49,308 nucleotides of DNA, from the IMG/VR virus record IMGVR_UViG_3300020440_000021, positions 1-49,308 of that record; one strand, 5' to 3'. The notes beneath the pieces were generated by a model. It saw nothing but the letters and a program-made list of their open reading frames with translations, made no database searches and was not told the DNA's origin. Origin of the DNA: a virus. Lineage: Duplodnaviria > Caudoviricetes. The position numbers were made by a program, and so were the translations under genes. Shown piece by piece: positions 8,241-15,314 of this stretch (its first letter is position 1; each line of letters begins with the position of its first letter).

Positions 8241-9333
8241 TTTATGTTTCATCAGTGGGGTTAGTTATGCTGACCCCATTGGCGATATAGTAGAAACTAC
8301 TGGAATTGGCCAAATAGTAAGAAATCAAAATGCTATTTCATCTTCAAATAATTTACCTATTGAATTATACGATACGGCTGAAACAAGCAATGGAAGAATT
8401 CTTATTGAATTCTTGGATAAAGCTGAACTTGCTCTTACTGAACATACACAAGTTTTTATAGACGAAGTCTATTACGATCCAGACCCAAGTAAATCTAAAA
8501 TGGCAATGAGATTTGCTATGGGCACAGCACGATTTGCTTCAGGTAAGAAAGCAATGATTAATAAAGCAAACATAGAACTTACCACACCAACAGCCACGAT
8601 TACAGTACGTGGTACAGATTTTACAACAACAGTCGACGAGCTTGGAAGATCGCTTGTTGTTCTTTTACCAGATGAATTTGGAGATGCTTCAGGAATTATT
8701 ACTGTCTCAAATGAAGCAGGAGAAGTTACTTTAGACCAGGCATATTCAGCAACAATGGTTTCAACTGTATCATCACCACCAACAAGTTCAGTTGTTATAG
8801 GAAATATTACTCCTTCAATGATTGATAATATGTTTATAGTCAATCCACCTACTGAAGTTAAACAAGCAATAGAAGAATCAGCAAGAGATGATGCTAATGA
8901 TGACCAAGGAATATTAGATGTAGATTTCTTAGAATTTAATGAATTAGAAACAGATGCTTTAAAAGATTCAGAAGAAGATTTAGAATTTAGCGAGCTTGAT
9001 ATTGATTTGCTTGATGTAGATTTTTTACAAGATTTATTGGATATTGTTGAGGAACTTGAAAGAACTACAATAAATTTAGCTGCAAGAGATAATGTATCTA
9101 TAGGTTCACTTACATTGCGAGGTGCTTCTGTAGGATTTAATAAAGATAGTCAGTTTAATATATTTGAACAAGATGGTGATATAGTTTTTTATCGTAACGT
9201 AAATGGTGTTATAAATATAATCATCGCCAATGGAAATAGTGGATTCATCGATAGTAGATTAGATGGATACGAAGGAATAATTACTTTTGGCTCGGGAGAA
9301 GGAATTGAAATATATATTAATCAGTCTAATTAG
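8179..9333 (+). CDS. secreted FecR-domain protein with acidic linker
   Basis: Signal peptide ending SYA; DTAETSNGRILIEFLD, GTARFASG, TPTATITVRGTDF, G.ITVSNEAG.VTL are FecR-family motifs. Confidence 0.85.
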   Translation: MLQAITQSFRLISKIHLAILSLCFISGVSYADPIGDIVETTGIGQIVRNQNAISSSNNLPIELYDTAETSNGRILIEFLDKAELALTEHTQVFIDEVYYDPDPSKSKMAMRFAMGTARFASGKKAMINKANIELTTPTATITVRGTDFTTTVDELGRSLVVLLPDEFGDASGIITVSNEAGEVTLDQAYSATMVSTVSSPPTSSVVIGNITPSMIDNMFIVNPPTEVKQAIEESARDDANDDQGILDVDFLEFNELETDALKDSEEDLEFSELDIDLLDVDFLQDLLDIVEELERTTINLAARDNVSIGSLTLRGASVGFNKDSQFNIFEQDGDIVFYRNVNGVINIIIANGNSGFIDSRLDGYEGIITFGSGEGIEIYINQSN

Positions 9334-9841
9334 TTTATTAACACTACCAGTTTTAGCTGATGATGACAATCAAATTAACATAACACAATTAGGTGGTGGA
9401 AATGCTGTTGAATTTAGAATTGATCAGTATGGCTATAAAAATATTTTTGATTTAGATTTAGATGGTCAAAATGCTTATATACGTTTTGTACAAAATGGTG
9501 GCAATAATACAGTTAATGCAAATATTCTAGGTAATAATAATCAAATTATTGGTCAACAATTTGGTGGTGATACTCATACTATTAATATTAATGGTAATAA
9601 TAATTTAGCAGGCACTTGGTACGGAACAAGTCAAAACAATAATATAGAAATTAATTTACTTGGAAATAATAATTTTGGAGCTGTAGAAGCAAGAGGCGTT
9701 GGTGGTCATGACATAACACTTAATCTTTCTAACGGCGGAAATGCACAACTTTGGATTGATATGCTTACACCTGATACTTTTACGTTTAGTCAAGACTGCG
9801 CAGTAACAAGCTGTGGCCAAGTTCGTATGACAAGACAGTGA
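9287..9841 (+). CDS. second secreted curlin-like repeat protein
   Basis: Signal peptide ending VLA; N/G/Q-rich repeats (IDQYGYKN, VQNGGNN, ILGNNN, INGNNN); C-terminal Cys pair. Confidence 0.75.
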   Translation: MAREKELKYILISLISLLTLPVLADDDNQINITQLGGGNAVEFRIDQYGYKNIFDLDLDGQNAYIRFVQNGGNNTVNANILGNNNQIIGQQFGGDTHTININGNNNLAGTWYGTSQNNNIEINLLGNNNFGAVEARGVGGHDITLNLSNGGNAQLWIDMLTPDTFTFSQDCAVTSCGQVRMTRQ

Positions 9842-11679
9842 AATATTTAACTACAATTTGGACAACACTTTTTTTATTAGTAATATTAGTAGGTGTACGA
9901 TTTCAAGACCCTTTTATTGTTGAGCAAATCAGACTCAATACTTTCGATCAATATATAAAATCTTTACCAGAAAAACCATCAAACGATGTTGTATTAATTA
10001 ATATTGGCGAGGAAGCTCTAGAAAAGTACGGCCAGTTTCCTTGGCCAAGACAAGAATATGCTCAAATGATTAATATGTTGAGAAATCATCAAGCGGGTAT
10101 TATTGGATTTACTATAATGTTTCCTGAAGAAGATCGATTTGGTGGTGATGAAACACTCGCATCTTGGATGGAAGGCAATGGAATAATTTTAGCTCAAGAT
10201 GCAGATGAATATGGTAGAAGCAAAAAAGCTCCATATGTTGGTCATGCAGTATTTGGAAAAGGCGATCCGTATGATTGGGCATACAAATATAAAGGACTTG
10301 TAACTAATATTGATATATTAGAAAATAGTGCTTGGGGAGCTGGTCTCACAAATGGAGCTCCAGAAATAGATAATATTACAAGAAGAATACCTTTATTATC
10401 TCAAATTAACAATCAACTCTATCCATCATTTGCATTAGAAACAGTACGAGCTTTTCAAGATAAAAAATCATATACAGTAAAAGTAAACGAAGGTGGTATT
10501 GAAGAAATTATATTACGTCCGTATCAAATTAAAACAGATCCTGATGGAAGTATTTGGTTAAAATGGAATGGTGTATTTGAACAATATGAATATGATAGAA
10601 TGGGAAAGGGTATACCAGAAAATTTAGAAGGTAAAACAGTTATAGTAGGTTTATCAGCTAAAGGATTGGGAGCTCAAATACCTACACCTGGAGGATTATT
10701 ATATCCACATGAATTACAAGCTAACGCATTACAGACAATATATTCTGATAAATCAATATCAAGACCATTATGGGGAGATTCTTTAGAGTTATTAGTTATA
10801 AGTTTAGTTGGCTTGCTGATTATACTTTCTGTTTATTACGCTCCAATCTGGCTGAGCTCTGTATTTTTCTTCTTCGCCGTTGCTGGATCTGCAAGCGGCG
10901 TTTGGTATGTCTGGAACGAATTTCAGATACTCCTCGACTTATCAGCTTCTCTAATAATATATATACTTTTATTCACCTCAGCGAGTTTCAATAATTTCTA
11001 TAAACAATTCGTTTTAAGACAACAAATTAAGAAACAATTTGGTACTTATGTATCACCTGATCTTGTAAAGCAATTACAAAAAGATCCATCACTCTTAAAA
11101 CTTGGTGGAGAAAGAAAAGAAATGACCTTTATGTTTATGGATATATGTGGATTTACTCCAATATCAGAACATTATAAAAATAATAATGACCCAGAAGGAT
11201 TAGTTACTCTTATAAATAATTATTTAGATACAATGACTAAAATCGTTTTAAAGAACGGTGGAACAATAGATAAATTTATGGGTGATTGTATCATGGCTTT
11301 TTGGAACGCACCTTTACCATGTAAAGACCATGCTGATAAAGCTGTACAAACATCACTTGAAATATGCGAGGCAGCAGATGAACTTATACAAGAGCTTGAG
11401 GACCAAGGTTTACCTAGGATTGATATTGGTATTGGCATCAACACCGGTACATGCATCGTTGGAAACATGGGCTCAGAATCTCGATTTGACTATTCCGTTA
11501 TCGGAGATGCCGTCAACCTCGGCGCTCGACTTGAAGGACAAACAAGAAATTATGATGGGATTCGAGTGTTGTTGGGACCAGAAACTTATCGAAGCTGTAA
11601 AGAAAGAGCATTTTCTGAAGTCGATAGAATACAAGTTAAAGGAAAATCCGAGAAAGTCACAATTTACACACCAATTTGA
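9838..11679 (+). CDS. CHASE2-domain class III adenylate/guanylate cyclase (membrane-bound)
   Basis: N-terminal TM, CHASE2 (GQFPWPR, FPEEDR, DNITRRIPL, YPSFALE), 3 TM helices, catalytic FMDICGFT, DKFMGDCIMAFW, GIGINTG, GDAVNLGARLE. Confidence 0.95.
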   Translation: MKYLTTIWTTLFLLVILVGVRFQDPFIVEQIRLNTFDQYIKSLPEKPSNDVVLINIGEEALEKYGQFPWPRQEYAQMINMLRNHQAGIIGFTIMFPEEDRFGGDETLASWMEGNGIILAQDADEYGRSKKAPYVGHAVFGKGDPYDWAYKYKGLVTNIDILENSAWGAGLTNGAPEIDNITRRIPLLSQINNQLYPSFALETVRAFQDKKSYTVKVNEGGIEEIILRPYQIKTDPDGSIWLKWNGVFEQYEYDRMGKGIPENLEGKTVIVGLSAKGLGAQIPTPGGLLYPHELQANALQTIYSDKSISRPLWGDSLELLVISLVGLLIILSVYYAPIWLSSVFFFFAVAGSASGVWYVWNEFQILLDLSASLIIYILLFTSASFNNFYKQFVLRQQIKKQFGTYVSPDLVKQLQKDPSLLKLGGERKEMTFMFMDICGFTPISEHYKNNNDPEGLVTLINNYLDTMTKIVLKNGGTIDKFMGDCIMAFWNAPLPCKDHADKAVQTSLEICEAADELIQELEDQGLPRIDIGIGINTGTCIVGNMGSESRFDYSVIGDAVNLGARLEGQTRNYDGIRVLLGPETYRSCKERAFSEVDRIQVKGKSEKVTIYTPI

Positions 11680-11992
11680 ATTTTATAATCCGCCTACAAA
11701 TAAGGATTGGGCAGCATTCGTTACACTTCAATTATTAGATGTATATACTACATATCGTGGTGTTAAATATGATTGTGTTGAAGAAGCAAATCCTCTATTT
11801 GGAAAAAGACCATCAATAGGAAAAATGTTAGCAGGAAAAGCTTTAATACTTGCTCCCGCAATAAAACTTGATTTAGAAAATGATAAACTTTCAAAAGCAT
11901 CATTACAGTCTACTAATAATTTTACTACAATTATTGTTCTTAATAACTATCATGTATTAAATAATGCAATTCAAAATTGTAATAAGATTTAA
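11378..11992 (+). CDS. hypothetical exported/membrane protein overlapping the cyclase 3' end
   Basis: GAGG 6 nt before ATG11378; signal-peptide-like MNLYKSLRTKVYLGLILVLASTPVHA; C-terminal LD.YTT...G....EEANPL motif. Start position is inferred. Confidence 0.6.
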   Translation: MNLYKSLRTKVYLGLILVLASTPVHASLETWAQNLDLTIPLSEMPSTSALDLKDKQEIMMGFECCWDQKLIEAVKKEHFLKSIEYKLKENPRKSQFTHQFEFYNPPTNKDWAAFVTLQLLDVYTTYRGVKYDCVEEANPLFGKRPSIGKMLAGKALILAPAIKLDLENDKLSKASLQSTNNFTTIIVLNNYHVLNNAIQNCNKI

Positions 11993-12044
11993 TCTTTTTA
12001 TAAAAAAATAATCTAAAAAAAACCCCTTTTTTTTCAAAAAACCG

Positions 12045-12073
12045 TTTACATTTACTCGAAACTGTGGTATAAT
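12045..12073 (+). promoter_or_regulatory. sigma70-type early promoter
   Basis: TTTACA 12045-12050, N17, TATAAT 12068-12073; GAAACTGTGG before the -10; upstream A/T tracts (UP-like). Confidence 0.88.
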
Positions 12074-12099
12074 AGTACTATAAAATGATAAGGAACAAA

Positions 12100-12552
12100 A
12101 TGAAAAACGTAATTTTTGACATCGATGGGACAATTGCAGATTGTAACCATAGAAGACATTTTATTACTGATGGTAATAATGATTGGGATTCATTCAGATC
12201 TCATACAAAATTCGATACACCTATTCAACATGTATGCGATATGGCAAAAATGCACGTTGCTGATGGTGATATTGTTATGTTTGTTTCTGCTAGAAATAAT
12301 TCAGAAAGAGATATTACTACTCAACAAATTCAAGAGTGGATTGGTATTGAAAATCCAGTTTTATTTATGAGACCTGATGGTGATTACAGAGCTGATGATG
12401 TTTTCAAAAAAGATGTTTTAGATATTTTAAGAGAACATATTGGTGGCGATCCAGATGTTGTATACGATGACAGAAATAGAGTTGTCGATATGTGGAAAGC
12501 AAATGGAATTAACGTAGTTCAAGTTGTTCCAAGAGACCAAGGAGATTTTTAA
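12100..12552 (+). CDS. HAD phosphatase resembling the 3'-phosphatase domain of T4 polynucleotide kinase (PseT)
   Basis: IFDIDGT, FVSAR, LFMRPDGDYRADDVFK, YDDRNRVVDMW; no kinase P-loop domain; AAGGA RBS before ATG12100. Confidence 0.85.
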   Translation: MKNVIFDIDGTIADCNHRRHFITDGNNDWDSFRSHTKFDTPIQHVCDMAKMHVADGDIVMFVSARNNSERDITTQQIQEWIGIENPVLFMRPDGDYRADDVFKKDVLDILREHIGGDPDVVYDDRNRVVDMWKANGINVVQVVPRDQGDF

Positions 12553-12692
12553 TGGTAGTAAGACCGGGACTCGTATATCCCTCCGGTAAACCGGCCACAA
12601 TAACAGATTACGACTGTGAAGTGGGAAGCTTACTAACTAGAGAGAGCTGGGAACAGCTGAAGAGTGATGGATCGAAAGCTCTCTCGTCTTTT
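12553..12692 (+). ncRNA. candidate structured RNA (unassigned)
   Basis: GC-rich island with nested pairings forming a four-way junction plus an 8-bp closing stem followed by a U-tract; see findings. Confidence 0.45.
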
Positions 12693-12735
12693 GTTACATT
12701 TATGTTACAGTTGTGTAAAATGTTTGTAAAAAGTG
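12692..12735 (+). repeat. four 11-bp-phased direct repeats (TGTTACA/TGTAAAA)
   Basis: TGTTACA at 12692 and 12703, TGTAAAA at 12714 and 12725, just upstream of a -35 box. Confidence 0.6.
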
Positions 12736-12745
12736 AAAATAATCC

Positions 12746-12774
12746 TTTACAACAGCTTGAAACTGTGGTATAAT
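12746..12774 (+). promoter_or_regulatory. sigma70-type early promoter
   Basis: TTTACA 12746-12751, N17, TATAAT 12769-12774; GAAACTGTGG before the -10. Confidence 0.88.
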
Positions 12775-12804
12775 ATACATATAATTTTTTGATAAGGAGT
12801 TAAA

Positions 12805-13299
12805 ATGCAAAAATTAGTAATTCAAACGCAATATCTCGAAAATTACGGGAGTTCAGAAAATCCATATATGAAGTTCAAAGGTGGTTCAACCTATGTAATG
12901 CATAATTGTGGCGATATTGAACCTAGGTCTAATGAACTAGTAACAGCTGTTGCTCGTGTAAAACCTTTCATTACTACTGATCTTGTTCAGTCAAATGGTG
13001 GTTGTGAAGAATACATCATTGATGTTGATATTGTTCCTCATAATAAAAAAGTTTGCGCAGATTGGGAAACTGTTACTGAATTTTATTTTGATTTAAAAGG
13101 CAATGCTCAATTCATGAAAGTTACAGACAATCGTGAAGATGGTTGGATGAAAAGCGAAATCTTGGAAAAAATTGAAACATGGACAAATGATAACGAAGAT
13201 TATAAAGCCGAGTATCAAATGGAAGACGGCGATTTCTGTGTTGGAGACGCTGAACTTCAAGAGTGGTTTAATAATAAAGGAGATTCTATAGCATGCTAA
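12805..13299 (+). CDS. conserved phage hypothetical protein (early)
   Basis: TAAGGAG RBS; KLVIQTQYLENYG...MKFKGG.TY N-terminal motif. Confidence 0.8.
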   Translation: MQKLVIQTQYLENYGSSENPYMKFKGGSTYVMHNCGDIEPRSNELVTAVARVKPFITTDLVQSNGGCEEYIIDVDIVPHNKKVCADWETVTEFYFDLKGNAQFMKVTDNREDGWMKSEILEKIETWTNDNEDYKAEYQMEDGDFCVGDAELQEWFNNKGDSIAC

Positions 13300-13466
13300 T
13301 AATGAATTTTACAAAACTTGATGGTACACATTATAACGTTAAAATGAATACAATGGCTCAAGTTTTTTGGTTGGCTGGATTCAAACAAAAAGCAATTGAT
13401 AAAGTTTTAAGCGATTATAATCTGTATGAATATGAATTTGAATTTAAAGGAGTGACTAATGGATAA
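13293..13466 (+). CDS. small hypothetical protein (57 aa, not in ORF track)
   Basis: AAGGAG RBS, ATG13293, MLIMNFTKLDGTHYNVK...KGVTNG, TAA 13464-13466; fills the gap between neighbours. Confidence 0.65.
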   Translation: MLIMNFTKLDGTHYNVKMNTMAQVFWLAGFKQKAIDKVLSDYNLYEYEFEFKGVTNG

Positions 13467-13827
13467 ATATTCTATCGAAGTAGAAGACGCACTACATCAA
13501 AGCGTCAACGGGACAAGTCTTAAAGGCTATGTATCAACAACTTACGATAAGCTTGTTGAACTTTTTGGTAAACCATCTCACACAGATGCTGATCCATATG
13601 AAAAAGTAAATATGGAATGGATTCTAAATATTAAAAAATATTTTATAGATGAAGATGGTGAAGAAGATTGGGACTACATATCTGCAACAATTTACAATTG
13701 GAAAACTGGTAGTGTACCAACTGATGAGTATGAATGGCATATTGGTGGTCATAACTATGAAGCAACCGATGCTATACAATATATTATTTCTAACAACATT
13801 AAAGCGGAGTATAACTACAATGACTAA
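13459..13827 (+). CDS. conserved phage hypothetical protein
   Basis: AAGGAG RBS; GTSLKGYV.TTYDKLVELFGKP, ATIYNWK, WHIGG motifs. Confidence 0.8.
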   Translation: MDKYSIEVEDALHQSVNGTSLKGYVSTTYDKLVELFGKPSHTDADPYEKVNMEWILNIKKYFIDEDGEEDWDYISATIYNWKTGSVPTDEYEWHIGGHNYEATDAIQYIISNNIKAEYNYND

Positions 13828-14137
13828 AAAAGTATCAAAGGCGCAGGCCGATAAAAACTTTAAAATGATTATGCAAATTTTGCAAGAAGAAAAGCAAAAA
13901 ATGCAAGAAGAAAAAGAATGGAAAGACACTGTTAAGCGTGTCTATTCTAAACCAAAACCTAATTATAATAAGCTTACAAAGTCTGTTAAAAAGGCTGCCG
14001 AGCATATGCCTGGTTCTGTAGATTTTAACTCTCCAGAAAATATGTACTATTCAGAAAAAAATACTCAAAAGTATTTACAAGGTACTTCATACTATGAAAC
14101 TTATTCAGCAATGAGGAGTCAAGATGACTGGGATTAA
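13820..14137 (+). CDS. hypothetical protein
   Basis: GGAG RBS before ATG13820 (MTKKVSKAQ...); the longer 13649 start overlaps the previous gene. Confidence 0.7.
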   Translation: MTKKVSKAQADKNFKMIMQILQEEKQKMQEEKEWKDTVKRVYSKPKPNYNKLTKSVKKAAEHMPGSVDFNSPENMYYSEKNTQKYLQGTSYYETYSAMRSQDDWD

Positions 14138-14288
14138 AGAACGAAGAGCTGAATCTCTGAGAAAAGCAATCGAAAGAGCAAAAGATCCTGACTTTAAAAT
14201 GTTATGGAGTTTAAAACTTAAAGAATTATATAAAGATACTCCGGAAGTATCTTTCAATCCATCATCTTGGTTAAGGGAGGCAAACTAA
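14124..14288 (+). CDS. small hypothetical protein (54 aa, not in ORF track)
   Basis: GAGGAG RBS, MTGIKERRAESLRKAIERAKDPDFKMLW..., TAATG coupling to the next gene. Confidence 0.7.
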   Translation: MTGIKERRAESLRKAIERAKDPDFKMLWSLKLKELYKDTPEVSFNPSSWLREAN

Positions 14289-14584
14289 TGACTGAATATA
14301 ATAATAAAGTTGATTTACAAAGACGTACACTTGCTGCAGAGGAATATAAAAATTCTATTACTGATATACATACTCATAGGATAAAATCTATGTGGTATGA
14401 AACTGAACAGACTAAAAAGCATACTGATACAAGTTCAGTATGTGATACAACGTATATGGACGGACGCATTGAAAGAGAAGTCTTAAATACTGGAGAAAAA
14501 TTTATTTTAGTTGAAGGTGCTAAGGGCGAAAAACTTGTTGGCATGATTGAAAGACATTTAGCAGATATGGGAAAAAATTTATAA
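14288..14584 (+). CDS. hypothetical protein
   Basis: GGAGG RBS before ATG14288 (MTEYNNKV...). Confidence 0.75.
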   Translation: MTEYNNKVDLQRRTLAAEEYKNSITDIHTHRIKSMWYETEQTKKHTDTSSVCDTTYMDGRIEREVLNTGEKFILVEGAKGEKLVGMIERHLADMGKNL

Positions 14585-14591
14585 AAAACCG

Positions 14592-14620
14592 TTTACATTT
14601 ATCTGAAACTGTGGTATAAT
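14592..14620 (+). promoter_or_regulatory. sigma70-type early promoter
   Basis: TTTACA 14592-14597, N17, TATAAT 14615-14620; near-copy of the 12045 promoter (AAAACCGTTTACATTTA....GAAACTGTGGTATAAT). Confidence 0.88.
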
Positions 14621-14627
14621 ATATAAT

Positions 14628-14759
14628 ATGAATAAAGCTAAAAGACGTCCAGTGAGTACGTTAACTCATACAACAAGAGAAGTTGCTATTGATTTCCTAA
14701 GATGGAGAGAAGAGCAAAAACAAAAGTCAATGATTGGACATAATGGAGGACCTAAATAA
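14628..14759 (+). CDS. small hypothetical protein (43 aa, probably leaderless; ends IGHNGGPK)
   Basis: ATG 7 nt after the -10 box; ORF ends in a TAATG overlap with the next gene. Confidence 0.65.
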   Translation: MNKAKRRPVSTLTHTTREVAIDFLRWREEQKQKSMIGHNGGPK

Positions 14760-15118
14760 TGGGAATGACTAATTTTTATATGGGATCATTACGATATGAT
14801 TACACTGGTAGGAAAAGGAAAAAACATGCAGCTAATCCTGTGCGTAAAAAGAAACCAGAGTTCAAACCTCAAAAACTCAAAGTCACTCCACAACTTCAAT
14901 CTTTAAGACAAGAACAAGCTAAACAATATAAATCTCTTATGGAAGAATATATGGCTAGTGGTACATATCATACAATCGCTGGTGATACAAGTAAAAAAGA
15001 ACCAATGAAATATACAGGAACATTAATTAAAGGTATAGCAACAATGCATAAATCTAATGCTATTCCAGTTATTAATGATGAGCAAGCAAAAGATATTGCA
15101 AGAATGAGGAGAGGTTAA
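14759..15118 (+). CDS. conserved T4-like phage hypothetical protein
   Basis: GGAGG RBS; YTGTLIKGIATMHKSNAIPV...AKDIARMRR C-terminal motif. Confidence 0.8.
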   Translation: MGMTNFYMGSLRYDYTGRKRKKHAANPVRKKKPEFKPQKLKVTPQLQSLRQEQAKQYKSLMEEYMASGTYHTIAGDTSKKEPMKYTGTLIKGIATMHKSNAIPVINDEQAKDIARMRRG

Positions 15119-15309
15119 TGGGAAACGATTATCATAGCACGTATGTTAGCGGCGATCGCCGAGCTGATTTGCTACAGGTCAAAGGAGAATGGGCTGTAGA
15201 TTATTTTGTAAATAATGTTTTTACAAAACAAGAAATTTATAAAGGTCATAGTAGACCATATGCTGAGAGAGCAGCTGAAAATTATGTCGATGGAGTTAAA
15301 GACATATAA
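15118..15309 (+). CDS. small hypothetical protein
   Basis: GAGGAGAGG RBS, TAATG coupling; HS..YAE.AAENYV.G motif. Confidence 0.75.
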   Translation: MGNDYHSTYVSGDRRADLLQVKGEWAVDYFVNNVFTKQEIYKGHSRPYAERAAENYVDGVKDI

Positions 15310-15314
15310 GTTTA

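Noticed and set aside
10770-10994. 74-aa alternative-frame ORF in the locally GC-richer TM region of the cyclase
   Set aside because: No convincing RBS or protein features and it is entirely internal. The evidence is much weaker than for the 11378 overlap.
12015-12034. A8-CCCC-T8 inverted repeat as terminator of the curli/cyclase operon
   Set aside because: An all A-U stem is too weak; more plausibly part of the UP element of the 12045 promoter.
12590-12630. Cobalamin riboswitch-like words (GCCAC...GGGAAG)
   Set aside because: The remaining conserved B12-element core and spacing are absent.
12640-12685. Hammerhead ribozyme-like core (CTGAAGA...GAAA closed by an 8-bp stem)
   Set aside because: The cleavage triplet would be CUG (not NUH), stem I cannot form and stem II has only one pair. 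Kept only as part of an unassigned structured RNA.
12552-12773. 73-aa ORF as a protein-coding gene
   Set aside because: It runs through the structured GC-rich island, the phased repeats and a promoter, with atypical codon use. Not listed as a CDS, but not excluded because it has GGAG and TAATG coupling.
13649-13819. N-terminal extension of the 13820 gene
   Set aside because: Overlaps a conserved gene; a GGAG RBS supports ATG13820.
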